From Betaproteobacteria bacterium (lineage in GTDB: Bacteria > Pseudomonadota > Gammaproteobacteria > Burkholderiales > Casimicrobiaceae): a stretch of DNA of 64,000 nt. This document shows positions 39,553-49,657 of this stretch, one piece after another (position 1 is the first letter of the stretch; every line of letters starts with the position of its first letter). The stretch spans positions 190 to 64,189 of the forward strand of contig JANMCH010000054.1 of the NCBI GenBank assembly GCA_031361045.1, read 5' to 3'. The position numbers and the translations under genes are program-made. Below the pieces are notes generated by a model. It saw only the letters and a list, made by a program, of their open reading frames with translations. It was not told where the DNA came from and ran no database searches.

Positions 39553-40260
39553 TTATTTCGACTCAGTTTGGTTCAGGCCGGCAGCGGCAGCAGCATCCGC
39601 AATGACGATGGCGCGATCACGGTTCACGCGGCCCGCCGGGATTTCGCGATCGCCCTTCAGAAGTCGTCCGAGCATCGTCGCTTTTTCCGCGCCGGTCACG
39701 ACCCACAGCACGCGGCGCGCGCGGTCGAGCACCGGAAACGTCAGCGTCATGCGCGGATGGCCCAGATAGGGCGCGGTTACCGCAACAGCCGCATTCGTGA
39801 TTTTCAGCACCGGATCGTCCGGTACCAGTGAAGCCGTGTGGCCGTCAGGACCGAGACCGAGGTGGACGAGATCCAGTACCGGCGGGGACTTGGCAATCGA
39901 TGCCAGCTCCTGCGCGTAACGTGCTGAAGCTGCCGCGAGGTCCGGCATGTTGACGGGCATGGCGTGCACGTGGTCCGGTGCCAGTGTCGCGTGGGCCAGC
40001 AGGCTCTCACTGATATGGGTGAGATTGCGGTCCGGGTCGCCTTGCGGCGCGACGCGCTCGTCGACCTGGAACAGGTGCGTCTCATTCCACGGCATCGGCA
40101 GCGCCGCAAGCAAGCGGAGCATCTGCCACGGCGTGCGGCCACCGCTGACGGCAAACGTGAATTTTCCGCACGTGGCGACGGCGTCCCGCGCCGCGTCGGC
40201 GATCAATGTGGCCGCGCGTTGCGCGACGGCATCGGCATCGGGGAGCACGACGACTTTCAA
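39553..40260 (-). CDS. pgl: 6-phosphogluconolactonase
   Basis: 235 aa. FTFAVSGGRTPWQMLRLLA...WNETHLFQVDERV is the SGGxTP and DER motif of the Pgl/NagB family. It lies downstream of zwf. Confidence 0.9.
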   Translation of the reverse strand: MKVVVLPDADAVAQRAATLIADAARDAVATCGKFTFAVSGGRTPWQMLRLLAALPMPWNETHLFQVDERVAPQGDPDRNLTHISESLLAHATLAPDHVHAMPVNMPDLAAASARYAQELASIAKSPPVLDLVHLGLGPDGHTASLVPDDPVLKITNAAVAVTAPYLGHPRMTLTFPVLDRARRVLWVVTGAEKATMLGRLLKGDREIPAGRVNRDRAIVIADAAAAAGLNQTESK

Positions 40261-40270
40261 GGGATTGCCG

Positions 40271-41671
40271 TCAGCTGTCGACGACCGGGTTGTGCCAACC
40301 GCCCTCCGGCGTCACGGTCTGCACTTCGGGCGGTCCCCACGTGTGCTGCAGATATTCGTGGACGGGTGTTTTGGCACGCAGCACCGGATCGACGATGCGC
40401 CAGGCTTCCTCGACGTAATCTTCGCGCGCGAACAGCGTCGCATCGCCGTGCATTGCATCGCCCAGCACGCGCTCGTACGCGTCCATCTCGCCGGCCGCGG
40501 GACGCCGGCTGGCAATCATCTCCGTGGACAGTCCCACGTTCTCATCTTCCGGCGAGAGGGCATTGATACCGAGCGCGATGGTGATGTCCGGACTGATGCG
40601 AAAGCGCACATGATTCGGCAACTGGTTGGGCAGCGAATAGACGGACGGCGGCTGCCGCAACCGGACGAACACCTCGGTGGCGGTGACCGGCAGCGACTTT
40701 CCCGCGCGAATGTAGAACGGCACACCCTGCCAACGCCACGAATTGACGGCCAGGCGCATCGCGCAGAACGTTTCCATGGTGGAATCCGCAGCGACGCCCG
40801 GCTCCGCCTTGTAGCCCTTGAACTGGCCGCGCACGATGTCCGAAGGTTGCAGCGTGGCGATGGACTTCAGCACCTTGACCTTTTCCTCGCGGATCGACTC
40901 GCTGTCCTTGCGCGCCGGCGGTTCCATGGCGAGATTGGCCAGCACCTGGAACAGGTGGTTCTGGATGACATCGCGCGTCGTCCCGGTCTGGTCGTAGAAC
41001 GCGCCGCGGCCCTGGATGCCGAAATCCTCGGCCATCGTGATCTGGAAACTCTCCACGTGATAGCGATTCCAGAACGGCTCCAGGAAGCCATTGGCAAAGC
41101 GGAAGTGCAGCATGTTATGCACCGGACCCTTGCCCAGGTAGTGGTCGATGCGAAAGATGTGCGCTTCGTCGAAGTGGCTGTAGAGAATGCGATTCAACTC
41201 GCGCGCGGATTCGAGATCGTGGCCAAAAGGCTTTTCGATGATCACGCGCGCGCCTGTGGTGCAACCCGCGGTGGCCAGCTGCTGCACGACGGCCTCGAAG
41301 AGGCTGGGCGGAATGGCCAGGTAGTGCGCAGGGCGCTGGGCGCTGCCCAACTCCTTGCGCAAGGCGACGAATGTCGCCGGATCGGCATAGTCGCCGTCGA
41401 TATAGCGCAGTAGTGAGATCAGTTTGTCAAACGCCGCAGCGTCGAGGCCGCCGTGCTTTTCCAGGCTGTCGCGCGCGCGCGCTCGAAACTGGTCGAGGTT
41501 CCAGCCGGCCTTGGCCACCCCGATCACAGGGATGTCGAGATGGCCGCGCTTGATCATCGCCTGCAGCGACGGGAAGATCTTCTTGTAGGCGAGATCGCCC
41601 GTGGCGCCGAAGAACACCAGCGCGTCGGAGCGCGCGTCGTTGGTCGCGCTCGCCATGGTGCCTGCCGTCAT
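40271..41671 (-). CDS. zwf: Glucose-6-phosphate dehydrogenase
   Basis: It has [19 protein letters not shown] (NADP-binding) and the active-site region RIDHYLGK; 466 aa. Its start overlaps the gnd stop (ATGA). Confidence 0.95.
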   Translation of the reverse strand: MTAGTMASATNDARSDALVFFGATGDLAYKKIFPSLQAMIKRGHLDIPVIGVAKAGWNLDQFRARARDSLEKHGGLDAAAFDKLISLLRYIDGDYADPATFVALRKELGSAQRPAHYLAIPPSLFEAVVQQLATAGCTTGARVIIEKPFGHDLESARELNRILYSHFDEAHIFRIDHYLGKGPVHNMLHFRFANGFLEPFWNRYHVESFQITMAEDFGIQGRGAFYDQTGTTRDVIQNHLFQVLANLAMEPPARKDSESIREEKVKVLKSIATLQPSDIVRGQFKGYKAEPGVAADSTMETFCAMRLAVNSWRWQGVPFYIRAGKSLPVTATEVFVRLRQPPSVYSLPNQLPNHVRFRISPDITIALGINALSPEDENVGLSTEMIASRRPAAGEMDAYERVLGDAMHGDATLFAREDYVEEAWRIVDPVLRAKTPVHEYLQHTWGPPEVQTVTPEGGWHNPVVDS

Positions 41672-42690
41672 TTCTTTTCGGCCGGCTTCTCGACGTGTCC
41701 GCCGAATTCGAAGCGCATGGCCGACAGGAGCTGGTCCTGGAACATCGCCTCGCCGCGCGAACTGAAGCGTTCATAAAGCGCCGTCGTGAGCACCGGCACC
41801 GGAACGGCCTCGTCGATCGCCGCCTTGATCGTCCAGCGGCCCTCGCCGGAGTCGGACACGCGGCCACCGAATTTGCTGAGCGTGGGGTCCTTGATCAAAG
41901 CGGACGCCGTCAGGTCGAGCAGCCACGACGCGATCACGCTGCCGCGGCGCCACACTTCCGCGATGTCGGGCAAATTGAGATCGTACTGGTAATGCTCGGG
42001 TTCGCGCAGCGGCGTGGTCTCCGCGTCGATGGCGTGATCCTGCTTGCCGACATTGGCCGCGCGCAGGATGTTCATGCCTTCGGCGTAGGCGGCCATCAGC
42101 CCGTATTCGATGCCGTTGTGGACCATCTTGACGAAATGCCCGGCGCCGTTCGGCCCGCAATGCAGGTACCCCTGCTCCGACGTGCCGCTCTGCTTGTCGC
42201 GGCCCGGCGTGCGTTCGATTTCGCCGCTGCCCGGCGCCAGCGTGGCTAAGATCGGATCGAGATGTTTGACGACGCCGGGCTCGCCGCCGATCATCATGCA
42301 GTAGCCACGGTCCAGACCCCACACGCCGCCGCTGGTGCCGACGTCGACGTAGTGGATGCCCTTGGGTGTCAGCTCCTTGGCGCGGCGGATGTCGTCGATG
42401 TAGTACGAATTGCCGCCGTCGATCAGGATGTCACCCGACTCGAGCAACGGAAGAATGCCGGCGATGGTCTTGTCGACCACGGCGGCAGGCACCATCAGCC
42501 AGATGGCGCGCGGCTTGGCGAGCTTCACGACGAATTCCGCCATCGACGACGAACCGGTGGCCTTTTCGCTCACCAGGTCCTGCACGGCCTTGGGCGACAT
42601 GTCGAAGACCACGCATTGATGGCCGTTCTTCATCAGGCGGCGCACCATGTTGGCCCCCATGCGGCCGAGTCCGATCATTCCTAATTGCAT
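41668..42690 (-). CDS. gnd: 6-phosphogluconate dehydrogenase, decarboxylating (short Gnd-like/YqeC type)
   Basis: I placed the start at the ATG at 42690. [19 protein letters not shown]... is a Rossmann motif, followed by ...DGGNSYY.D...GTSGGVWG and ...[16 protein letters not shown]. Confidence 0.88.
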   Translation of the reverse strand: MQLGMIGLGRMGANMVRRLMKNGHQCVVFDMSPKAVQDLVSEKATGSSSMAEFVVKLAKPRAIWLMVPAAVVDKTIAGILPLLESGDILIDGGNSYYIDDIRRAKELTPKGIHYVDVGTSGGVWGLDRGYCMMIGGEPGVVKHLDPILATLAPGSGEIERTPGRDKQSGTSEQGYLHCGPNGAGHFVKMVHNGIEYGLMAAYAEGMNILRAANVGKQDHAIDAETTPLREPEHYQYDLNLPDIAEVWRRGSVIASWLLDLTASALIKDPTLSKFGGRVSDSGEGRWTIKAAIDEAVPVPVLTTALYERFSSRGEAMFQDQLLSAMRFEFGGHVEKPAEKK

Positions 42691-42726
42691 GATGTTCTTT
42701 CCTTTATCCACATGGCAATTCTTCCT

Positions 42727-43650
42727 TCATCCGCATTGCGCTTTGCCGTTTTCGAACGTGTCGACGAACTCGCGATAGCGACGCGCAATTTCCGCGACCG
42801 CCGCATCGCGCGTCAATTTTCCTGCGCGAAAGCCGACCAGCGGCTCCCAAAAATCCGTACGGCCGACGGCGAAGCCGATGAATCCGGGCACGCCGGCGGC
42901 GGTTGCGAGCCACTCATGGACCTTGCGGTCGTCTTCGCCACGGCCCAGGACAATGCAGCCGACGTGGTCGCGACCGCCGCGCCGCGCGGCGGCCACGATG
43001 CGCTGGCAATCTTCGCGCCGGTCGAGGCCTTCGATTTTCCACACGTCAGGGTCCACGCCCACGTTTTGCAATTCTTCGATGGCCTGCACCATCAGTTGCG
43101 GACGCAGCGTGAGGTCGTAGGCCCTGGCGTCGCCGTTGACCGCCGCGAGTTGCGCCTTTTCCGGGGGCACCAGCAACTCGAACATGAAGCGACTGCGGCC
43201 GGCGTCGCGCAGGTAGTCGGACAAGTGCTTGAGACGCGCCGCCTGCTCCCGGTTGACTTCGACGTCGCCACCCGGGTTGTAGCGCACCAGCACTTTGCAA
43301 AACGTTGGACGGAAGGCCTCGATGTGCGCCGCGAAGTCGTCACCATATTCGAAGTCGAATTCCTCCTGCCCGCTTTTTTCCGCCGGGCAGGCCGTGATGT
43401 ATCCGTGGGCGGCGGCGTCACGCAGAATGGCCGCGCCGAATTGCTCGTCGACGAGCACGCCCGCCTTCGCTTTCGGCACGCCCGCAGCGATCGCAAACTT
43501 GAGACCGTCATAGATCACCTGCTTGGCGGCGGCGATTTGCGCCGTCTGCTCGGCGTTCAGTTCCCCAGTCCAGCCGAACATCTTCGTCTCGAACGATCCG
43601 CGATGGTCGAAGGGCAGGATGTACAGCGGTTGGTCAAAACCACGGGGCAT
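42727..43650 (-). CDS. DUF2090-type protein (2-deoxy-5-keto-D-gluconate-6-phosphate aldolase-like / class I aldolase-fold domain)
   Basis: 307 aa. LYILPFDHRGSFETKMFGW...VLVDEQFGAAILRDA...FCKVLVRYNPGGD...MFELLVPP...VWKIEGLD...GFAVGRT resembles the standalone form of the domain found fused to IolC kinases. It is embedded between pgi and gnd. Confidence 0.6.
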   Translation of the reverse strand: MPRGFDQPLYILPFDHRGSFETKMFGWTGELNAEQTAQIAAAKQVIYDGLKFAIAAGVPKAKAGVLVDEQFGAAILRDAAAHGYITACPAEKSGQEEFDFEYGDDFAAHIEAFRPTFCKVLVRYNPGGDVEVNREQAARLKHLSDYLRDAGRSRFMFELLVPPEKAQLAAVNGDARAYDLTLRPQLMVQAIEELQNVGVDPDVWKIEGLDRREDCQRIVAAARRGGRDHVGCIVLGRGEDDRKVHEWLATAAGVPGFIGFAVGRTDFWEPLVGFRAGKLTRDAAVAEIARRYREFVDTFENGKAQCG

Positions 43651-43664
43651 GATTCAGGCGCCCC

Positions 43665-45338
43665 TCACGTGGCACTCGCATTTCGGTAGCGGCGGATCAG
43701 CGCATTGGTCGAGCTGTCGTGCGCGAGCTTCCGTTCCGTCGCATCCTCCAACTCGGGGATGATCCGCTGCGCCAGCACCTTGCCCAACTCGACGCCCCAC
43801 TGGTCGAAGGAGTCGATGTTCCAGATCGTGCCCTGCGTGAACACGCTGTGCTCGTACAGCGCGACCAGCTTGCCCAGCGCGCCGGGCGTCAGCTGATCCA
43901 GCAGGATCGTGTTGGACGGACGGTTGCCTTCGAACACACGGTGCGGAACCAGCCAGTCCGGCGTGCCTTCCGCCTTGACGTCGGCGACCGTCTTGCCGAA
44001 CGCGAGCGCCTCGGCCTGCGCAAAAACGTTGGCGAGCAGGATGTCGTGGTGGCGTCCGAGTGGGTTCAGCGTCTTCATGAACGCGATGAAATCGCAGGGG
44101 ATGAGCCGCGTGCCCTGGTGAATCAGCTGGTAGAACGAGTGCTGGCCGTTGGTGCCGGGCTCGCCCCAGTAGATAGGTCCGGTGTCATAGTCGACGCGCA
44201 CGCCTCCCTGCGTCACGTGCTTGCCATTGCTCTCCATCGTCAGTTGCTGCAGATAGGCGGGGAAGCGTTTCAGGTATTGCTCGTAGGGCAGCACGGCCAC
44301 CGTCTGCGCGCCGAAGAAATCGGCGTACCAGATGCCGAGCAACCCCAGCAGCACCGGCAGGTTGCGCTCGAACGGCGCCGTGCGGAAATGCTCGTCCATT
44401 TCGTGGAAGCCTGCGAGCATCGCGCGGAAATTGTCGGGTCCGACAGCCAGCATGGTGGACAGGCCGATGGCCGAGTCCATTGAATAGCGTCCACCCACCC
44501 AGTCCCAGAACCCGAACATATTGGCCGTGTCGATGCCGAATGCGGACACCTTCCCGGCGTTGGTCGACACCGCAACAAAATGTTTCGCGACCGCGGCTGC
44601 ATTGCCGCCCAGACCCGCCAGCGACCAGTCGCGCGCGGTCTGCGCGTTGGTCATCGTCTCCAGCGTGCCGAAGGTCTTGGACGAGATGACGAACAGCGTT
44701 TCCGCGGCGTCAAGGTCGTGCACGGCCTCGGCGAAATCGGTGCCGTCGACGTTGGACACGAAGCGGAATGTCATCGCGCGGTCGCTGTAGTGCTTCAGCG
44801 CCTCGTACGCCATCACGGGACCCAGATCGGAGCCACCGATGCCGACGTTGATCACATTGCGGATGCGCTTGCCGGTGTGGCCGGTCCACGCGCCGCTGCG
44901 CACGCGATCCGCGAATTGCGCCATGCGGTCGAGCACGGCATGGACATCCGGCACCACGTCCTTCCCGTCGAGGACGATGGACTGGCCACGCGGCGCGCGC
45001 AGCGCCACGTGCAGCACGGCGCGATTTTCCGAGACGTTGATGCGATCGCCGCGGAACATGGCGTCGATGCGCGCGCGCAGGCCGGACTCGGCCGCCAGCT
45101 GCAACAGCAGCGTCATCGTCGTGTCGGTGACGCGATTCTTCGAGTAGTCGAAGTAGACGCCGGCGGCCTCTGCCGTCAGCCGCTCGCCGCGGCGCGGATC
45201 GTCGGCGAACAACTGCCTGAGTTCGATGTCCTTGACACTCGCGAAATGCGCGGTGAGCGCCTTCCAGGCAGGGCGCGCCGTCAACGGCGCAGCATTTGAA
45301 TGCGCGTCGGCCGGAGGACTCGACGACGGGGTGGTCAT
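43665..45338 (-). CDS. pgi: Glucose-6-phosphate isomerase
   Basis: I placed the start at the ATG at 45338, which overlaps the upstream gene's stop (ATGA). It has ...DYSKNRV...[12 protein letters not shown]...[11 protein letters not shown]... and the C-terminal PGI signatures. Confidence 0.94.
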   Translation of the reverse strand: MTTPSSSPPADAHSNAAPLTARPAWKALTAHFASVKDIELRQLFADDPRRGERLTAEAAGVYFDYSKNRVTDTTMTLLLQLAAESGLRARIDAMFRGDRINVSENRAVLHVALRAPRGQSIVLDGKDVVPDVHAVLDRMAQFADRVRSGAWTGHTGKRIRNVINVGIGGSDLGPVMAYEALKHYSDRAMTFRFVSNVDGTDFAEAVHDLDAAETLFVISSKTFGTLETMTNAQTARDWSLAGLGGNAAAVAKHFVAVSTNAGKVSAFGIDTANMFGFWDWVGGRYSMDSAIGLSTMLAVGPDNFRAMLAGFHEMDEHFRTAPFERNLPVLLGLLGIWYADFFGAQTVAVLPYEQYLKRFPAYLQQLTMESNGKHVTQGGVRVDYDTGPIYWGEPGTNGQHSFYQLIHQGTRLIPCDFIAFMKTLNPLGRHHDILLANVFAQAEALAFGKTVADVKAEGTPDWLVPHRVFEGNRPSNTILLDQLTPGALGKLVALYEHSVFTQGTIWNIDSFDQWGVELGKVLAQRIIPELEDATERKLAHDSSTNALIRRYRNASAT

Positions 45339-46039
45339 GCGCGGCGCCTCGTTTTCGCCGTCGACTTGGCCTTCGACCCGGGGCGGGAGCGGGCCCACAT
45401 CCGGAAGCCGCCGAGAAAGGCATTGTCGTTGTCGCCCAGCCGGCATCCGGGCGGCAGTTCGTTGAGTTGCTTACTGTTGCCTCCGCCCAACACCACGTCG
45501 TCCGGCCGGAACGCTGCGGTCAGTCGCTCGACCACATCCTCGACGCGCTTGCGCCACTTTTTCTTGCCGAGACGTTCGATCGCGCGCACGCCGACATAAT
45601 CCTCGTAGGTGGCCTTGCGATAGGGAAGGTGCGCGAGTTCCATCGGCGCGACGACACCATCGACAATCAGCGTGGAACCCAGGCCCGTGCCCAAGCCCAG
45701 GAACAGCATCGTGCCGCCGTTGTAGCTCCCGAGCGCCTGCAATGCGGCATCGTTGATGATCCTTACCGGACAACCGAATGCGGCGGCGTAGTCGAACTTC
45801 ACCCAGCCCTTGGCCAGGTTGTAAGGCTCGGTCACCGGCTGGTTTTCCTTCACCACACCGGGATAACCGATCGCGACCCGGTCGAACTTCCAGCCGGCCG
45901 CCGCCTCTTTCACGCCACTCACCATCTGCGCGACGGTCATTGACGGACCCGACTCGAACTTGCGCGGCTCCCTTTGCCCGCTGGCGAGAATCTTGACGCT
46001 CGTTCCGCCGATATCGATGACCAGTACATTCATCGTCAT
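45335..46039 (-). CDS. ROK family sugar kinase (glucokinase / polyphosphate-glucokinase-like)
   Basis: The ATG at 46039 overlaps the tal stop (ATGA). It is 234 aa with [13 protein letters not shown] (ATPase phosphate-1 motif) and ...[10 protein letters not shown]...LGLGTGLGS. It sits between tal and pgi. The phosphoryl donor cannot be inferred from sequence alone. Confidence 0.7.
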   Translation of the reverse strand: MTMNVLVIDIGGTSVKILASGQREPRKFESGPSMTVAQMVSGVKEAAAGWKFDRVAIGYPGVVKENQPVTEPYNLAKGWVKFDYAAAFGCPVRIINDAALQALGSYNGGTMLFLGLGTGLGSTLIVDGVVAPMELAHLPYRKATYEDYVGVRAIERLGKKKWRKRVEDVVERLTAAFRPDDVVLGGGNSKQLNELPPGCRLGDNDNAFLGGFRMWARSRPGSKAKSTAKTRRRA

Positions 46040-47121
46040 GCGGCCTTGGCGAGCAAGGCACTCTTCGACGCAATCACGGCCATCAGTTCGTTCCACGATT
46101 TGACGAACGACTCGGCGCCCTCGTCCTGCAGACGTGCCGCCAGCGCATCGATGTCGGTACCCGCCTTGGCAAACTCCGCCAGCACCGCCTCGCAATCGCC
46201 GCCGTCCGCAGGCGTGGTCGCGCCGACGTCGCCGTGATCGGCAAACGCGAGCAATGTGTTCTCCGGCATCGTGTTGACGGTGAACGGCGCCGCCAGCGCC
46301 TTGACATAAAGCACGTCGGAAGCCTTGGGATCCTTGGTGCCCGTGCTTGCGAGCAGCAGCCGTTGCGGGCGGCCGCCGGCGTTCATCACGCGCCGATAGC
46401 GAGGTGTTGCGACCAGGTCGCAATACGCCTTGTACGTGCGCTGGCCGATCGCGATGCCGAGCGTGTTGGTCAACGGCGCGGGCACCTTGCCCGCGACCGC
46501 GGCGTCCCAGCGGCTGATGAACACCGATGCCACCGAACCCACATCCGGGTCGAGTCCCGCGGCAATGCGCCGCTCGATGCCACGCAGGTAGGCATCGGCT
46601 GCCGCGACGTAATGCTCACGGGAAAAGAGCAGCGTCACGTTGATGGGCACGCCGGCGAAGATCGCCTCCTCGATGGCCGGCAGGCCTTCCTTGGTCCCCG
46701 GTATCTTGATGAACAGGTTCCTGCGGCCGGCGCGCGCGTGCAAATCCTTGGCCACGCTCAATGTCGTCGCCGTGTCGTGCGCGAGCAGCGGCGAGACCTC
46801 GAGCGACACCCAGCCGTCGACGCCCACCGTGCGGTCGAAGACCGGCCGGAAGATGTCGGCAGCGCGGGTGACGTCCTCGATGGCCAGTTCGAAGAACAGA
46901 TCTTCGCCTGACTTGCCCGCCTTGAGCTTGCTGCGGATCGCCGGGTCGTAGTCGCTGCTGTTCTTGATCGCGTTGTTGAAGATCGTCGGATTGGACGTGA
47001 GCCCGGTGACCGACAGCTCGGCAATGTAGCGCTTGAGCGTCCCGCTTTCGAGCAGGTCGCGGGTGATGTTGTCGAGCCAGAGACTCTGGCCGATATCGTG
47101 CAGTTTGCGGGTCGCGGGCAT
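46036..47121 (-). CDS. tal: Transaldolase (long, about 360-aa type)
   Basis: The start is the ATG at 47121. LHDIGQSLWLDNITRDLL..GTL......SVTGLTSNPTIF... and the active-site region NLFIKIPGT are present. Confidence 0.93.
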   Translation of the reverse strand: MPATRKLHDIGQSLWLDNITRDLLESGTLKRYIAELSVTGLTSNPTIFNNAIKNSSDYDPAIRSKLKAGKSGEDLFFELAIEDVTRAADIFRPVFDRTVGVDGWVSLEVSPLLAHDTATTLSVAKDLHARAGRRNLFIKIPGTKEGLPAIEEAIFAGVPINVTLLFSREHYVAAADAYLRGIERRIAAGLDPDVGSVASVFISRWDAAVAGKVPAPLTNTLGIAIGQRTYKAYCDLVATPRYRRVMNAGGRPQRLLLASTGTKDPKASDVLYVKALAAPFTVNTMPENTLLAFADHGDVGATTPADGGDCEAVLAEFAKAGTDIDALAARLQDEGAESFVKSWNELMAVIASKSALLAKAA

Positions 47122-47241
47122 CGGTTCACCTGTCGAAAGTCGGAAGGGCAAAAGCGCCGCCGGGGCCAACTTCGGGCGCCATGCAAGACCTGTCAAATCA
47201 TACTCCAGAACATACTCCGGAATTTTCGGCGCAACAGTTCC

Positions 47242-47838
47242 CTACGGACGCGATTGCGGCCCCTGGTTCCAGAGCCGGATCACGGGTTCGGACCGGTCGT
47301 GGTCGTAGCCCAGCGCGCACACCGCGGCCGTGCCCAGCACGAAGCGCTGTCCCGACGACGCGTCGAGGTCGAGCCAGCGCGCCGCGAGCACGCGCAGAAT
47401 ATGGCCGGACGAGAACAACAGCACATTGCCCTGCTCCGCGCGCACGCGTTGCACCACGCGGTCGGCGCGCGCGCCAATGGCGGAAAGCGTCTCCCCATCG
47501 GGACAGCCGTCGCGAAACAGAGACCATCCGGGCCGGGTCGCCTGGATCTCGTGGGTCGTCAATCCTTCGTATTTGCCGTAGTCCCACTCGACCAGGTCGC
47601 GGTCGATTTCCGCAGCATCACCATAGCCCGCCAGCGCGCAGGTGCGCATGGCACGCTGCAGCGGACTGACGAAGACCTTCGCAATGTTCAATCCCTGCAA
47701 TCGCGTACCCAATTCGCGCGCAGCCTGTTCGCCGCGCGGAGTCAACGGCAGGTCCGTCAATCCCGTGTGCCGTCCCGACAAGCTCCATTCGGTTTCGCCG
47801 TGACGGGCCAGGTAGACGATAGTGAGGGCTTCGCTCAT
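47242..47838 (-). CDS. Histidine phosphatase family protein (phosphoglycerate-mutase-like)
   Basis: VYLARHGETEWS is the RHG motif, and ...SSGHILRVL carries the second catalytic His; 198 aa. Confidence 0.85.
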   Translation of the reverse strand: MSEALTIVYLARHGETEWSLSGRHTGLTDLPLTPRGEQAARELGTRLQGLNIAKVFVSPLQRAMRTCALAGYGDAAEIDRDLVEWDYGKYEGLTTHEIQATRPGWSLFRDGCPDGETLSAIGARADRVVQRVRAEQGNVLLFSSGHILRVLAARWLDLDASSGQRFVLGTAAVCALGYDHDRSEPVIRLWNQGPQSRP

Positions 47839-47915
47839 CGCACGCGTACCCTTTCAGTAGCTGACATTCAACTGCGTTCCCAGCAATCGCGATGCCGGCA
47901 AGCCCTTCCGCCGCA

Positions 47916-49313
47916 TCACATTTCCTCGAGCGTGCGCCCACGCGTCTCGTGGATGTAGCGCATGACGAAGAAGATCGCGACCGCTGCAAAGAATGCGTAG
48001 ACCGAATAGGCGAGCGCCGAACCCATGCTCTTGAGCATGATCGGAAACGACACCGTGATCAGCCAGTTCGCCAGCCATTGCGCGGTGGCCGCGACGGCAA
48101 GTGCCGAGCCGCGTACCCGGTTGGGGAACATTTCGCTGAGCATCGTCCAGACCGCCGGCCCCCACGAGACGCCGAAGGCCAGCACATACAGATTGGCGGC
48201 GAACAGCGCGATCAGCCCATTGGCATGGGAAAGCGTCACCTTGCCGTCGGCCCCTGTGGTGGCGGTGGCGAACATCAACGCGAGGACGCCGAGGGTTGCC
48301 GCCATGCCGACCGCGCCCCACAACAGCAGCGGACGGCGGCCGATCCGGTCGATCAGGGAGATCGCGATGATCGTGGCCACGATATTGATCGTGCTGCTGA
48401 TGACATTGATGCGCAGCGAGTCGGCGTCGGAAAAGCCGACGGCTTCCCACAACGTGGTGCCGTAATAGAAGATCACGTTGATGCCGACAAACTGCTGCAG
48501 GCACGACAGCGCGATGCCGATCCACACGATCGGCAGCAGGCGGTTATCCGGGCCCAGCAAGTCCGCCAGACGCGGCTTGCGCTCGCCGGCGAACGTCTTC
48601 CTGATTTCCTCGATCTTCGCCGGACCGATGGTGGGCGAGATCCGCTGCATCACCGCCAGTGCTTCAGGATCGCGGTCGTTGCGCACCAGGTAGCGTGGCG
48701 ACTCGGGGATCCGCAATGCAGCGAGGACCAGTGTCACCGCGGGAATCGCTTCGCTCAGGAACATCCAGCGCCAGGCCTCGAGACCGAACCAGAAGTTCCT
48801 GGTCACGCCACCGGCAGCATCGGCGATCAGGTAGTCGACCAGCAGTGCCAGGAAGATGCCGACGACGATGCCCATCTGATTGAGCGAGGTCAGCCGGCCA
48901 CGGATCGACGCCGGTGAAATTTCCGCGATGTACGCCGGCGACACGACGCTCGCTGCGCCGACCGCCATGCCGCTCACGAACCGCGCAGCGTTGAACGCCG
49001 TCTCGGACCCGACGAAGCCAGTCCATAGTGCGCTCAGCGTGAATATTACGCCGGTGATCAGCAAGGTCTGGCGGCGGCCGATGACGTCGGCGATGCGGCC
49101 GGCGAACAGCGCACCGATGGCGCAGCCGATCAGGATCGAGGCGACCGCGAAGCCGGTCGCGGCGGAACCGGACTTGAACGTGGCCTGGATTCCCGGGACC
49201 GCGCCATTGATCACGGCGCTGTCGTATCCGAAGAGAAAGCCGCCGATCGCCGCCGCGCCGGCGACCAGCGTTACATAACCAACGTTGATGACTTCGCGGC
49301 CCGCATCGCGCAT
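47916..49313 (-). CDS. MFS sugar porter family transporter
   Basis: GGFLFGYDSAVINGA, GRIADVIGRR, PESPRYLV and the PETRG-like C-terminal motif (IHETRGRTLEEM) are present. I read roughly 12 hydrophobic segments consistent with an MFS fold. The start is taken as the ATG at 49313 to avoid overlap with the HiPIP gene. Confidence 0.88.
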   Translation of the reverse strand: MRDAGREVINVGYVTLVAGAAAIGGFLFGYDSAVINGAVPGIQATFKSGSAATGFAVASILIGCAIGALFAGRIADVIGRRQTLLITGVIFTLSALWTGFVGSETAFNAARFVSGMAVGAASVVSPAYIAEISPASIRGRLTSLNQMGIVVGIFLALLVDYLIADAAGGVTRNFWFGLEAWRWMFLSEAIPAVTLVLAALRIPESPRYLVRNDRDPEALAVMQRISPTIGPAKIEEIRKTFAGERKPRLADLLGPDNRLLPIVWIGIALSCLQQFVGINVIFYYGTTLWEAVGFSDADSLRINVISSTINIVATIIAISLIDRIGRRPLLLWGAVGMAATLGVLALMFATATTGADGKVTLSHANGLIALFAANLYVLAFGVSWGPAVWTMLSEMFPNRVRGSALAVAATAQWLANWLITVSFPIMLKSMGSALAYSVYAFFAAVAIFFVMRYIHETRGRTLEEM

Positions 49314-49330
49314 GACCGCTGCCTGCGGGA

Positions 49331-49657
49331 TCAGGCCTTCTTGACCCACGCAGTACACCAACCCTTGGTGCTGACCAGCTTGCCCTGGAAAATGACGCAG
49401 GGACCATCAGCGGCGCCTGCCGTGCCGGAAAACAGGTTGCAATTGGCGCAGGTGGCCGCCTTATCGGTGCGCTTGGTCGACTTGGTCGCGTCGACGACAT
49501 AGCCCAGCGCGGCTGCGGTTGCGTCGGACTCCTTGACGGTGTCGACCGCGTGTGCGGTTCCGCTCATCAACGCGGAGGCAAATGGCGTGGCAGCAAGGCC
49601 GACGGCGGTAATCCGGAAGAAACGGCGGCGGCTGGCGGAGGAAGTGGCTTGTGTCAT
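49331..49657 (-). CDS. High-potential iron-sulfur protein (HiPIP) with a Tat signal peptide
   Basis: The ATG at 49657 is preceded by AAGGAAA. It has a twin-arginine signal (SRRRFFRITAVGLAATPFA...AHA). The mature domain shows the CxxC...C...C HiPIP pattern (CANCNLF...GPCVIF...GWCTAWVKK). Confidence 0.85.
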   Translation of the reverse strand: MTQATSSASRRRFFRITAVGLAATPFASALMSGTAHAVDTVKESDATAAALGYVVDATKSTKRTDKAATCANCNLFSGTAGAADGPCVIFQGKLVSTKGWCTAWVKKA

